In this document: positions 1 through 14,597 of the stretch, one piece after another
Numbering within the stretch: position 1 is the stretch's first letter
Layout of the letters: every line of letters begins with the position of its first letter
Assembly (NCBI GenBank): GCA_951406725.2
Contig: OX597830.1
Span: 66,774,001 to 66,838,000, forward strand
Direction: 5' to 3'
DNA from: Octopus vulgaris
Lineage: Eukaryota
Length of the DNA stretch: 64,000 bases
Made by a program: the position numbers and the translations under genes
Notes under the pieces: generated by a model
The model's input: the letters and a program-made list of their open reading frames with translations, nothing else
Told to the model about the DNA's origin: nothing
Databases searched by the model: none

Positions 1-66
<66 letters not shown>

Positions 67-844
67 GTAACTTAGTTATTGCACACTGGAAAAGCCAGTC
101 TTTATCTTTCTACTTAAATTGTACAAATTTCACTGACAAGATTCCGTGCTGTACAAATTTATAACTTTTGAAAAGTTCTGTCTGTGCACTCTAAGAAGCT
201 TATTCCTAAGAAAAACACAGCATGTGTTTATTGAAGTAGCAGGCTGTTATTGACCACAGGGGTATAAGTTCAAACCTAACTTCTACATTCACCTAACCTT
301 GCTTTTATTACTCTAAGTAAAGACACATTACTCTGTATTGGATTAGTCTGTCTGATAAGTTCCTTTCAATTTTTTTTTATTTTTAGTTGTGTAGAGAAAG
401 TAATTGCTCCAACAATATGCAAATATCAAAATCTTTTAAAAACTCTCTAACTCATATTGACATAGAAGCATGTAAGTGACAAACTAGAAAAATATAACAA
501 AATATGTTTTGTATGAAAAAAGCAATACACATATTACAGATGTCGATTTTATTTGATATCTTAATAAAATTTGAGGTAATTGAAATATAAGTATTAATAT
601 TCAGAATTCTTAGACTTTGTTTTTTTACTTAAGTTTTTACGAAATTTTTTTAAGGTGATTTTTTTCTTCTTTTTTTCTTGTCTAATATTTTAGAATTTTT
701 GAAGTAATGGTCTAGGAATTTTCACAAATTTTAAACTAGTTATTTTTAAAAGTTTTAACACACATCGTTTTACACATACATGCATACGTACATACAAATA
801 TGTATGTATATGTGTGTGTATGAGTGTGTGTTTGTGTGTGTGTA

Positions 845-902
<58 letters not shown>

Positions 903-1159
903 TATTTATGAGATTTTTTTTCTATTATTCTAATATTTTAATAAAATTTTCAGAGGTCAGATCAGATTTTAGCAATTCTTTAGATTAAGATTTAGACTGT
1001 AGATTTTGATTGTAATTTTTAAAAAAATTTTTATTTTTATTATTTTTTTTTATATATATTTCTTAACTGCACCAATTATTTTGCAAAAGCTTTTGTTAGT
1101 TTCACTCACCCTCACTTCGACGGAATAGTTTTCCATTCATCTGTCTATCTGTCTTCTAG

Positions 1160-1222
1160 GAGTTAGCACGAAGACGTTCTCTTGTTGGAGAAGAGAGCAT
1201 AAATTTTAAATCTGAAGGAAAC
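1160..1222 (+). CDS. DGKB: Probable DGK hinge exon (C1-to-catalytic linker), ELARRRSLVGEESINFKSEGN
   Basis: Acceptor ctgtctatctgtcttctag, donor gtgagt, 63 nt, open only in phase 0, which matches the phase-0 start of exon 41454. Resembles the ERQRS-type segment following C1b in invertebrate type I DGKs. Confidence 0.7.
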
Positions 1223-1587
1223 GTGAGTAGTATTTGGTGTTTCCAGATGTTGTGTGCCTCTTCAAAGAGCTGATATATCATCAGTAGAGAATTTTGGCAC
1301 ATTTTGATTTGGTTTCGCCCTACCAATATAAACTAAATGAAGCAAAAATTCACACTATTTTTGATATGTCTTGCTTTATCTAAAACACTGCTATTTTCCT
1401 GTCTCCACCATCCCCCAATTTTTCATCAGTATCACCTATCTATTTCTAGCTATCACTCATGACCTGTCCCTTCCACCAGTGTCAGACCAATACTGATTCC
1501 TGATTCCTTTTAACAGTAATTGATATTAGATGAATACCCAAAGAAATTAGTATTTTCCATATATGTGTGTGTGTATATATCTATCTA

Positions 1588-1631
<44 letters not shown>

Positions 1632-1653
1632 AGTATACATATGTATACATACA

Positions 1654-1723
<70 letters not shown>

Positions 1724-1842
1724 ATATACATGTACCTATATACTCATATATATATAATTAACCTAAGTGGATATATCAGTTACAAATAGTTTCTAAACTA
1801 TTACCTCTCCAATAGTTCACATAACCCTATTTAGTGTATATG

Positions 1843-1932
<90 letters not shown>

Positions 1933-1934
1933 CA

Positions 1935-1976
<42 letters not shown>

Positions 1977-2446
1977 GATGTCATTATTATTAGATGTTAT
2001 TAGATGGAAGTATAGATACAATTTAGAATAGCAATCCCAATCCCTTTTATTTATATATTTTGATGTGGTTCTTTTTTTTTTCTTTTTTCTTGATGTTATA
2101 AATGTTTATATTTTAATTCTTACTTAAAATTTTTATTTCTTTATTTCTTTAATAACAGCTCTTTGCTTTTCATTTCACACACACCTACACACAGACGCAT
2201 GCATGTACAAACACATGCACATTCTCCATGTTTGATGCAAACACACATTCACATTCGGATAAGGCCTTGTTGATATTGAAGATATGTGTATACTCACACA
2301 CACACACACACACACATATGTACATTTGGGTGTGTGTATGTATATATAGATAGATAGATACATATATATATATATATATATACATACATACATACACATA
2401 TATATACATTCATATATATATATATATATAAATACATATATATATA

Positions 2447-2524
<78 letters not shown>

Positions 2525-2539
2525 ATACACACATATAAT

Positions 2540-2593
<54 letters not shown>

Positions 2594-2892
2594 TATATAC
2601 ACACACACAAATATATATATGTATATATATATATATTCCTTTCTATATGTTCATTCATAATTTGACTATGAATGTCATAACAGGCTCAAAAAAATAAATA
2701 CTCCAAAACTAACCATGTAACGGAATAACTGTGATGTGTAAAATGATCATATTTTTCAGCAAACCTCAATATATTCTTCTCCTCTCTGGACATTTTCTGC
2801 TAATTAAATGCTGCATATGAAAGGTCAAAATTTCTTCATTGGATTTTCGTTTTTTACTAATGGATTTATTAATTATTGATATAAACAGAATA

Positions 2893-2925
<33 letters not shown>

Positions 2926-3489
2926 ATCAGCATCATTTGGCATCTGTTTTCCATGCTGGCACGGGTTGGACAGTTTGACAGGAGCTGGTAAGTCAGAGGG
3001 CTATACCAAGCTCTTCTGTCTGCTTTGGGATAGTTTCTATGGCTGGATGCCCTTCTTAACATCATTCACTTTATATATGAGTGTGTGTACACATATCTAT
3101 CTATCTATTTATCTACATACACATATGTATCATTATCATCATCACCGTCATTGTCATTATTCATTGTCCATGTTCCAAGCTGGCACAGGTTGGATACTTT
3201 GACAGGATCTCATCCAATGACCTGACGGACTTTGGTATGGTTCCTACAGCAGGATACTCTTGCTAATGGCAACCACTTTACAGCATATCTTGGGTCCTTT
3301 TTTTTTCTACCACTAGCTCTAGTGAGGTCATTAGCCAGTACCAGTGAGATCATTTGCCAGCACTAGTGATGTTTCCTTGAGTGGTGGGAGGAAACTTTAT
3401 GCTAAGAGAATGAAGAGTCGAAACTGGTAGCTATTAGCCCACTTGCCTTCAATCATCACTGAATGGAACAGGTTACATATATTATTAAC

Positions 3490-4146
3490 ATTATGCTCAT
3501 TATTTACATTATTTACATTTGACAGATATTTGTCCTTGTCTTTTTTGTTGTTAACACAACGTTTCAGCTAATATAATATCCAGCCTTTTTCAGGTGTCCT
3601 GGGGGAAATTTCGAACCTGGGTTCTCATTCCTAAGGTATTTTTTGATAAGGGTAGAGGAACATCGCAAAGCTCTGACATGAGGAGATATTGATGAATTGG
3701 GTATAGCTGATCATGTATGGAAAAACGGAGACTACCTTCCCCTGTGGGATGAAGTTAAAATAATAGACAGAGAACACCACTGGAAAATATGAAAACTAAA
3801 AGAAGCAGCACGTATGCTAGGACATAATAACCTCCTAAGCAAACCTGGTGCAGATATGAGTAGTGCAGATGTTAAGGAAGGGTAGGAAAATATTATAAGC
3901 CCTAAAATTCACTCCATAATTGTCCACGGGCATGTGACTTAGTGGTTAAGAGCATGGGATACTAACCCCAAGATTCCAAGTTCAATTTCAGGCAGTGACC
4001 TAAATAATTAGAATAATAATAATAACATCGAAAAATACCTTAGGTTGAGAACCCAGGTTGGAAATATTCCCAGGACACCTGGAGAGTATATCAGCCGAAA
4101 TGTTGTGTTAACAAATATCCATCAAATGTAAATAATGTACATAATT
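3490..4146 (+). mobile_element. Degenerate Penelope-like element: GIY-YIG endonuclease C-terminal remnant flanked by an inverted terminal repeat
   Basis: About 3649-3860 translates RVEEHRKALT*GDIDELGIADHVWKNGDYLPLWDEVKIIDREHHWKI*KLKEAARMLG (two in-frame stops). About 3505-3647 is the reverse complement of about 4027-4137. Confidence 0.75.
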
Positions 4147-5759
4147 CAAATATAGAACTGTATTACACTCATTATTTGTTAATGCTTAAATGAAAACAGC
4201 CTTGGGATTGTACTTAGAAAGTTACCCTCAGAGGAACAAGTCCAGGCAAGGTTGTCTATGGAAGACCAGCAGTCACCCATGCATACCAGCCTTCCCTCTC
4301 CATGCCACCGATGTTAGAAAAGGGAAAAGCAAAGACGAATAATGTTGCAATAATGTGGCACCAGTAATGTCACAGCTGAGTGGACTTGAAATAAAGTGTC
4401 TTGCTCAAGAACACAACACACAGCCCAGTCGTGATTGTGGGTCTGACGTTCTAACCAATGAGCCATACACCTTCACTTGGTAAATTATATAAGAAAGTAG
4501 GATGCTGGACTGTAGAGATATCAGTCTTAGATCATAGTTGCATGACTCGTGATCAGAAGGGTGCCCAGCTGTAAAAACAGATATCTAAATTTGCAACTTC
4601 CTACTTGTTTTCTTGATGAGATATCTTTTTACTGATATTGTGTTATTTTTGTTGAAGCTACAATAAACTGATTTGGGATCTCTAGCAAACAGTCTCCCTA
4701 TTGTTTTCCATTTATACTCTGCAGATTTATAGTTTAATTTCCCAGCTGTCGCCATTAGTTCTTATTTCGGCTGATGATGTCATAGAAAGGAAACTGAAAG
4801 AAAAAAAAATACAAGTGTGGATGTGTGGGAAGAAGCTTGCTTCTCAGCCACATGATTCTGGGTTCAGTCCCACCATGTGGAACATTGGGCGAGTGTCTTT
4901 TGCTATAGCCTCAGCCTGACCAAAACCTTGTGAGTGGATTTGGTAGACAGAAGCTGAAAGAAGCCTGTTGTGTGTATATGTGTGTGTATGAGGATCTACC
5001 TGTGTTGGTCCCTACATCTGCTTGACAACCAGTGTTGTTGTTTACATCTCCATAACTTAGCAGTTAGGCAAAAGAAACCAATAGAATAAGTACCAAGCTT
5101 TAAAAAAAAATAAATAAAAGGGTCTAAGGTTAATTCATTCAACTAAAAATTCTTCAAGGCAGTGTTCCAGTATGGCCACAGTCTAATAATTGAAACATGT
5201 AAAAGTTAAAAGATAAAAAAAAATGTAAAAGAAGTCCAAGAAAGGAATTTGATTTCTCATATGCCAATCATAAACCATTTGTTTATATCCAGTTACTCTG
5301 TTCTGATTAGACTAATTTCATTTATATTTGTTTTAAGTCGTTAGTTTACCATTTACATTGTCGTTATAGTTGTTGTGTCATCGGTGTTGTTTTCATTGTT
5401 GTTGTTATTATTATCGTTGTATCAATTCATAGTTAGTTATTGTTGTATTTTCATTTATACACCTATGTTTAATCAAAAATTGATGTCTGTATGTATTTAA
5501 AAAGAACAAAAACAAAAACCCTTTATCAATTGCATTCTTTCTCTATTAATTTTTTGCTCTTCCCACCCCTATTATACATGCTTTACTGTAAGAATTCCAT
5601 TACATATTTGTGACTAATTCTTCAAATGTAATTTAATGAAATTATTATCATTATATTTTACTTCTCAGAGCTCTCAATCTTTATTTCTTAAATGTCTTTT
5701 TCCATAAATCATAAGACTTGTTAGTTAGGAATTAAGTTCCATGGAAGATACTCAACACC

Positions 5760-5990
5760 CAAGTACCAATCGGAAAATCCTAGCTGTCTTCAATAGAGCA
5801 GTTATTTTGGGCATGCTCTACTCTCATGACAATTCCAATTTCTCCAACATATTTCTCAAATTTGGTTATTAGTGCTCCAAGTGTCCCTGCAACCGTTGGA
5901 ATAACAGTTACTCTCTTCTTTGCAATTTTGTTTTTTAGTAATTTGTATTTTTCCACCTTTTCCAGTTCTTTGTCACCTATGCATGCATAC
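5760..5990 (-). mobile_element. R4/Dong-type LINE 3' fragment (restriction-like endonuclease region)
   Basis: ORF 5780-6010 reads DKELEKVEKYKLLKNKIAKKRVTVIPTVAGTLGALITKFEKY, the EKxxKY...VIPxVxGxLG pattern. Confidence 0.6.
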
Positions 5991-6135
5991 TCTGCTGCAT
6001 CAAATTCCACTGAGGTCGACTTCGCCTTTCATCCTTCCGGGGTTGATAAATTAAGTACCAGCTGAGTACTGGGGTCGATGTGATCAACTATCCCCCTCCC
6101 CACAAGATCCAGGCTTTGTATCTATAGCAGAAAGG

Positions 6136-6176
<41 letters not shown>

Positions 6177-7018
6177 CATCATCATCATCATCATCATCAT
6201 CATTATTATTCCATCAGCCAAAGGAAGTTGTTAAAACATCAATCAATACAATCTTTGTCTTTGAGTAAGGTTTCAAAACTTTAGTTAGAGACCAAAGGAA
6301 ACCCTACTCCTACCTCCAGCCCACTTTTCTAAGCTAACAGCTACAGCTGACCTCACAGGCCTGAGGCATATAAATAAGGTGCAATGGCTCCGTTTTAGAA
6401 ACAGTGGCCTTGATCAGTTCAAGATCTTGCTGCAGTATCATATTACTATAAATTACCTCATTTTTATATCAAGTAAATGAGATTATGACTAATGACTGGT
6501 TGAAAGGACATGAAGATTAATGTAATGTTTATTTTGATAAATGAGCTGTGAGAAGAGGAGCAGTGTGTGTGACCTTTGGATGCCCTCCCAGATTGCTTTA
6601 ATTGATGTGGCCAATTTCTAACCTGAGCAGCTGTCAATCAACATCTGTAGGAAAACATTGGCCAGATGTGGACTAGGAAATTGATGTGAATTCTTGGAAT
6701 GAAATGAATTCTGTTAAAGCCAGTCCAGGACCAAATGTTGCTTATGTCGTTGTTGTTGGTATTACTGTTGTTGTTAGGCCTCAAGTCAATCCTAATTGTG
6801 GAAATGTATGATCAAAAGTGTATCAGCCTTATTAAGGGTAGCTAAGACTATATTTTCCAATGTAACTATTTTACTATCATTAGGTGGAATGTAATTTGAG
6901 GGAAATTTGGTTGTTATTTCTAATAGGTTATCTAGAAGTTTCATCGTTTCTGAGGTGTTGGTGTTAAACCAGTGCATATGATAGACCTGCTACCAAATGT
7001 GTTTTTAAGCTTTTCATA

Positions 7019-7617
7019 CAAGGGTTCTTAGCCATTTTTCATCTATGGACCCCTTTGATTACTATTTTATTCTGGTAGGCCCCTGTAGCCATTTGATGTT
7101 TAAAAACTAGTTTTATAGAAACTTCTTTCAAAATTCCTATTTTGTTTTCAATACATTAATTTGTGTAGGTTGAACTATATAAAACATTACAAAAAGAAAC
7201 CTTGCTGTTTCTTGCAATACATAAATGCTTAAATGAAATGCTTATGTATATATATATATATCATCATCATCTAACATCTGTTGTCCATGCTGACATAGGT
7301 TGGACGGTTTGACTGGGCTGGCATACTGGAAGGCTGCACCAGACTTCAGTCTGATCTGGCAGAGTTTCTACAGCTGGATGCCCTTCCTAATGCCAACAAC
7401 TTCATGAGTGTAATGAGTGCTTTTACATGCCACCAGCACAGGTGCCATTCATATGACATTGGTATCTGCCACAACTGTGATTTTGCTCGGCTTGATGGGT
7501 CTTCTTCTCAAGCATGACATAATGCCAAAGGTCTTGGTCATCGCCTCCATGAGGCCCAACACTCGAAAGGAGCTCAGCCACTTTGCCTTCATGAGGCCCA
7601 ATGCTTGAAAGGAACTC

Positions 7618-7650
<33 letters not shown>

Positions 7651-7656
7651 TGTATG

Positions 7657-7687
<31 letters not shown>

Positions 7688-7833
7688 GCATACACATACA
7701 TCTAATGCAAAGTTTCTTCAGGGGCCCTTAAAATACTATTGTGGATCCCCAATATACTATTTTGCTTATGTGGACCCCCAAAAATCTTATATGGGCCCTT
7801 AGGGGCCATATAGAGCCCAGTTGAGAACCACTG
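7019..7833. mobile_element. hAT-like MITE interrupted by a SINE and microsatellite (about 7245-7700)
   Basis: Termini CAAGGGTTCTTAG / TTGAGAACCACTG; imperfect 8-bp flanks ttttcata / atttaata. Confidence 0.55.
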
Positions 7834-8326
7834 ATTTAATAGTTGCCACAAATCCTGGTCTAGTTACAATGAAACAATGAATATCCTTCTAACTAACCCA
7901 TTTGATTCCGGCCTCTCTGAGACCTACTCTCCATTCTTTGATACAAATTCTCTGTTTTAAAGTGAACTAGATAAAAACCTTCTATCCAAATTTCTCATTA
8001 ATTTATTAATTTATGCTCCAAGTACCACCTTTATCATTTTGTTACAACATTTTTGCTGTATTTCAGGTAATTTAAAAAGTATCTAGCAAATTTAGAATTT
8101 AGTAAATTAACTTTGTCGTTATTAAGCTGGTATTTAGAACATTCATTAACATGAAATTGTGATTGAAGGTTTTAATTTTGATCACTTAAAAACCTTAAGT
8201 TTGTATTTTAGAACCAGAGATGGTGCCAGATGGTTGGCATCAAACAGTTAATAACGACAAAGTTTTTGATTAGCATCAATTATTTTCAAACTTAATTGAA
8301 AAACAAGACAGTATGTTTCAACATGT

Positions 8327-8575
8327 CGAGGCACGTGGTTTAGTGGTTGGGGTGTCAGCATCATGATCGTAAGATTGTGGTTTCGATTCCTGGACTGGGC
8401 GATGCGTTGTGTTCTTGAGCAAAGCACTTCATTTCATGTTGCTCCAGTTCGCTCAGCTGGCAAAAATGAGTAACGCAGCAATGGACTGGTTTCCCATCCA
8501 GCTGCAGAACACATATGCCATAGAAACCGGGAAACCGGGCCCATGAGCCTGGTTAGGCTTTAAAACGGTGCATAT
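8327..8575 (+). mobile_element. tRNA-derived SINE family D
   Basis: tggtttagtggtt ... ggtttcgattcc A/B boxes. Related copies at about 30667 (+) and 4200, 23840, 24855, 44783, 61655 (-). Confidence 0.75.
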
Positions 8576-9627
8576 ATTTATTTATTATGTTTCAACAGAA
8601 ATATGGTACTGAAAGGATTAATATTATTAAGTATGGAAAAAGATGATGGTGGTGGGAGTGGGGGTGGGGTAAGGATAGAAACTGAACTTAGATATCTTGT
8701 GCTATTTAACTCAATCTCTTAACCCTATTGATTCCAACCTGCCCAAGACAATCTGCCCAAGACAGCAGCAAGTCGGGGACCCAGGAAAGATAGTTATACT
8801 CTTCCATAGAAAAGTCCTGCTTCTTTGATAACAACTCCCTGTTTTAAAGTGATTTAAATAAAAAAAAACTCCAATCAAAATTCCATGTTAATTATGTTCC
8901 AAACACCAGCTTAAAAGTGACATGGTTATTTTTAATAAATTCTTCATTATTTTCCAAAATTGATTATGGTAAAAAATGGGTGAAAGTTCCAAACTGGAAA
9001 AAATAAATAAATAAATAAATATTGCCTTGGGTTTAACTTTGATTTCCATCACTCAAATGTCATCAAAATAAACAGCAATGATGTAATAATTGTAGTAGCA
9101 GCAGTAGTGGTGGTAGTAGTAGTAATAGTAGTAGTAGTAGCAGCAGTAGTGGTGGTGGTGGTGGTAGTGGTGGTGTGGAGGTTGGGGCTTCAACAGCAAG
9201 GATGGCTCTTTCATTCCAATCAACTATATACCTTCTTTACACACTTCCCTGGCCTTGTGCCATTCCAGGAAATCAATACGTCTAAGAATATTGGTTTGGA
9301 ATTAGGTTTAGAGCAACTAATGTAAATAAATAAATAAAAAAAATGTTTTATTTTTCACTTATTAACCAATTCAAAATATATACAAATACTTACATATACA
9401 CACACTTATGAAAATACATACTTATACACACAGCTGATATATTATAAAGAATTATATAATTACATATACGTACATATATATATATGTGTGTATATGTTTA
9501 TAAGTGTGCATATATATATATTTGTGTGTGTATACATACATATATATCTAAGTATACACACACACACATGTACATGCATTTTATATATACATACATATAA
9601 AAAATCTTGCACAACAAATATTTAAAC

Positions 9628-9663
<36 letters not shown>

Positions 9664-10150
9664 TCATCATCATCTAATATCTGTTGTCCATGCTGACGTA
9701 GGTTGGACAGTTTGACTGGGCTGGCATACTGGAAGGCTGCGCCAGGATCCAGTCCTATATGGCATGGTTTTCTACAGCTGGATGCCCTTCATAACACCAA
9801 CCACTTTGTGAGAGTAACGGGTGCTTTCACCTGTCATTTGCACTACACTGGTATCTGCCATGACTGTAATTTTGCTCGGCTTGAAGGGTCTTTCTTTTCA
9901 TGCTCGATATAATGCCAAAGGTCTTAGTCATTGCCTCTGTGAGGCCCATCAATCTAAGGGAACTTGGCCACCTTGCCTCCATGAGGTCCAACGCTCAAAA
10001 GGAACTCAGCCACTTTGCCTCAAAAGGAACTCATATATACATATATGTGTATGTATCTATGTATGTTCCTTTCCTGAGCGTCCAATAACACTATACTTGT
10101 TCCACATCCTTGCATTGTTGTGTTTTCTCTTTGTTCATGTTTGGATTAAC

Positions 10151-10211
<61 letters not shown>

Positions 10212-10924
10212 GCATATAGCGCAGGCATAGCTGTGTGATAAGAAGCTTGCTTCCCAACCACATGGTTCCGGGTTCAGTCCCACTGCTTGACACCTCAGGC
10301 TGACCAAAGCTTTCTGAGTGGACTTGGTACACAGAAAAAGTCCTGGGGTCGATTGGTTTGACCAAAACCTTTCAAGGTGATGCTCCAGCATGGTCCCTGT
10401 CAAATGACTGAAACAATTGAAGAGCAGAAAGATAACCAGTGAGTGTGTTAAGTAATAAGGCACTAAACGAGAATTACCCTCCCATGACACAATAATATAT
10501 ATATAAGCATAAATATATATTCGTGTATATATACATGTATATATATGTACATAGGTACATATTTGTGTGCATGTGTGTGTGTGTGTGTGTATATATCACC
10601 ATGATCACTATGACCGACCAGGCTATCAGATGTTGCTACACATCACTGGTCACAATGTGCTTCGCATTGTTTAAGCCTTCAAATGACGCCACTCCGCTGG
10701 CTAAGGGAGCAGGCCAACAGAAGAAAGAGTGAGAGAAAGTTGTGGCAAAAGAGTACAACAGGGACCGCCACCACCCCACTGTCGGAGCCTTGTGGAGCTT
10801 TAGGTGTTTTCGCTCAATAAACACTCATAACACCTGGTCTGGGAATCGGTGTATATATATATATATAAATATATGTGTGTGTATGTGCAAATTTATATAT
10901 ACACATACACACATACAGATATAC

Positions 10925-10966
<42 letters not shown>

Positions 10967-11489
10967 ATTATTATTTGAGGGAATAAAATCCAAACTTACA
11001 AGGAAAAAAATTCAATTTAGAAATATATATATTTATATAATATATAAACACACACATGCACACATATAATATCACTACACTTAGAACGGAAAGTTTAATA
11101 TTAATAAGCACCAACATTCAACACATGCTAGCATAGAAAAACATTGTAATCTGAAGAGACTGATGAGCAAAGAAAGAAAGGTGAGGAGGGGGGGAGCAAA
11201 GAACAAAAAAAAAAAAGAAGAATGAAAATTTTGTTTAAGTTAATAAACAAAATATAATATTAAAAATGTAAGAACCGGGTTCTCCAAGATGGCACTTATG
11301 TTTATTCTCTCCAATTTACCTTTTACTCCAAAATTCTAAACGTATAGATTAGAACACACACACACACACAAACACACACATATGTGTATGTTCTAATCTT
11401 TCTATATCTATATATGGATTAGAACATATACATATATATATATGTATGTATGTGTATTTATATGAATATATACATGTGTGTGTATATAC

Positions 11490-11523
<34 letters not shown>

Positions 11524-11681
11524 TTGTGTATATGTATATATTTATATACATATATACATATACTTATATATATATAATGGCGGTGCCCCAGCATGGCCAC
11601 AGCTCATGAGCTGAAACTAGATAAAATAAAATAAAAAAATATATACACACACATATACTTATATATATATACACACATATA

Positions 11682-11729
<48 letters not shown>

Positions 11730-11767
11730 TATACTTATATATATATATATATACACACATATACTTA

Positions 11768-11811
<44 letters not shown>

Positions 11812-12087
11812 TATATGTGTGTGTGTATGCATGTCGTGTGTGTGTGTGTGTATAAAGACAAAACTAAGAGCAGCAGACAAAACTTTCATAGTGAGAAAGA
11901 TCTTATATTTTGATTCCTACTTAAAAAACAAGTTTGTTTATCTTAGTTGTCGTATTTATAAGGTTATTTTCCTTTTACACACTCACACATACGCACCTAC
12001 ACTCCCCACTGCCACACACACACTCATACACCCACACATATATACATATATACATATAATCACATACATATCTTTACATGTGTGCAA

Positions 12088-12118
<31 letters not shown>

Positions 12119-12233
12119 CACATACAGACTTATGCACTCATACACTTATAGATGCACACACACACACATGCACACACATATACACACATTGACATATGTC
12201 TGTATACACACATGTACTCACATATCCAAACAA

Positions 12234-12268
<35 letters not shown>

Positions 12269-12578
12269 CACATACAGACTTATGCACTCATACACTTATA
12301 GATGCACACACACACACATACACACACATTGACATATGTCTGTATACACACATGTACTCACATAGCCAAACAAACGCACACACACACACACACACTTGCA
12401 TATGCCCACATATACATACACATGCACATGCTCTTTCTCTCTCTCTCTCTCTCTGATTTTCTTCCCCCTCCCCCACACATACACTGTTACACTCACTCAC
12501 ACGCAAACACCCACACTTCCAAACTCATCTCTGTCTGTCTGTCTCTTATATACACACGCACACACACAAATATACATA

Positions 12579-12624
<46 letters not shown>

Positions 12625-12679
12625 GATAATTTCCAAGCTAATGAGCAATAAAAAGCAATCTACTTCCTTATGGCTTGTT

Positions 12680-13140
12680 GCCACTGCCATCACCCCCATC
12701 ACCCCCATCACCCCATCATCCCCATCACCCCCATCACCCCATCACCCACCACCATCATCAACACCACCACCAACAATAACAACAAGAACATCATCACCAC
12801 CAACATCACCACCACACACCTCTGACATCACCACCACCACCACCACCATATACACCCACTGCACACCACCATCACCAAAAACATCATCACTACCACTATC
12901 ACCACCATCATCACCACCACCACCACCACCATATACACCCACTGCACACCACCAACTCCACCATCACCAAAAATGTCATCACTACCACTATCACCACCAT
13001 CACCACCACCACCACAACCACCAACATATACACTCACTGCACACCACCAACACCCCCATCACCATCATCACTACCACCACCACCACTACCACCATCACCA
13101 AAAACATCATCACTACCATCACCCCCCCCCCCCCATTACC
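12680..13140. repeat. (CAC/CAT)n low-complexity tract
   Basis: Directly visible, with an internal repeat catatacacccactgcacaccacc. Confidence 0.9.
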
Positions 13141-13738
13141 AATGCCACTACCGTATTTCCTCTCTAGATTCTAACCTGGCCTACACTGTTTATAGTTTTG
13201 AATATCAAATATACCAAGTGTAGGATTGCCTGCTGTTGATTCAAGCTGTACAACATCTATTCTTCTGCTTATTACCGGCTGTCAAGTGTAAAACTCTTGC
13301 AAGAAATCGTGGTGATTCACCAGACATTATTTTTGCATCAAAGAGGAACCAGGTTCAATTCTTGCAATGTATGGTAATAAATCACCAGGTTTTTTTTTTA
13401 GGTTTTTTTTTTACATCAAAGAGAAATCAGGTTTCAATTCTTGCAAGTTCTTGTAAGGAATGATGGTGAATCACCAGTCATTTTATTTTTACCAAAGAGG
13501 AACCAGGTTCAATTCTTGCCAGTTCTTGCAAGAAATGATGGTGAATCACCATTGTTTTTTTTTTTGGGGGGGGGGCATCAAAAAGCAACCAAGTTCAATT
13601 CTTGGTTCATTAAACAAGATGTTTAATTTTAATTTATATTAAATTTTACTCATTCCAGTTGGGATAGTTCACATACAAAAACAAACAAACAAATGGAAAA
13701 CATGTAAATATATTTCATTTTGTACTTGGTTTGCAAGC

Positions 13739-13911
13739 TTCTCGATGTGAATTTGTGTATTGAAACAAATTTTGCTGTGTCTTGGGAGAGTCAAAGATTC
13801 TTGATGTGAATTTGTGTATTGAAACAAATTTTGCTATGTCTTAGGAGAGTCAAAGATTCTTGATGTGAATTTGTGTGTTGAAACAAATTTTGGTGTGTCT
13901 TGGGAGAGTCA
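13739..13911. repeat. Three tandem copies of a ~59-bp unit
   Basis: gatgtgaatttgtgtattgaaacaaattttgctgtgtcttgggagagtca x3. Confidence 0.9.
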
Positions 13912-14557
13912 CTTTCACCCTTACCACCTCTTCCAAAGGAATCTATAAACACACATGCAGATATCCATACATACAAACATAAGGCCAATATGCAGACAGA
14001 CGAAAACAGATCCTGGAGCAAGTTAGGGAGTCACAGGTCATTGAAAAGGTTGCGAACAGCAATGAAAGAACTTTGAGGGATAAACAAACAACCAAGTGAT
14101 TGTTTAATCAACATGTTAAACAATTGATCAATTAGTTAGTTGGCTAGATATTTAAGCAATTAACTAACAATAAAGAAGTGGAATTGATCCAGTGTGAGTG
14201 TTATTATTGGTATAATGACCTTCCCAAGACACAACAAAAAAATGTAAATATAAGAGTACCAAAATGAATGATTAAAGAAAGAGAGAAAGGAAGAAAGGAA
14301 GAAAGAAAGGAAGGAAGGAAGAGTGAATGAAGAAGCAAGCTTTTGGTGTTATGAAAGCATCTGACTGAATCAATAATTTATAAAGTGGAAGTTACTAGAC
14401 AGTTGAGCTATGGAATTGGTGTAATATGGAATGGATTGGAATGGAATATATTCCAACCAAACAATGGAATAATGTTTTCTCTTTCCCAGCATTAAAGATG
14501 CTGGTTTGAAAGTACATTTCTCTCTCTCTCCCTCCCTCCCTCCCTCTCTCTATCTAC

Positions 14558-14597
<40 letters not shown>

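Noticed and set aside
8050-8072. tttcag|gtaatt as a recursive (zero-length exon) splice site
   Set aside because: Donor half is weak and it lies inside a degenerate MITE-like repeat; no independent support
8327-8400. tRNA genes (A/B boxes here and at about 3928, 30667, 57180)
   Set aside because: No full cloverleaf; these are heads of repeated SINEs
12302-13174. 290-aa His/Thr/Pro-rich ORF resembling a mucin or extensin
   Set aside because: Made of (CA)n, (CT)n and (CAC)n repeats
13739-13911. CRISPR-like array (also 27778-27865 and 36460-36680)
   Set aside because: Eukaryotic context; units are contiguous tandem repeats without unique spacers and there are no cas genes
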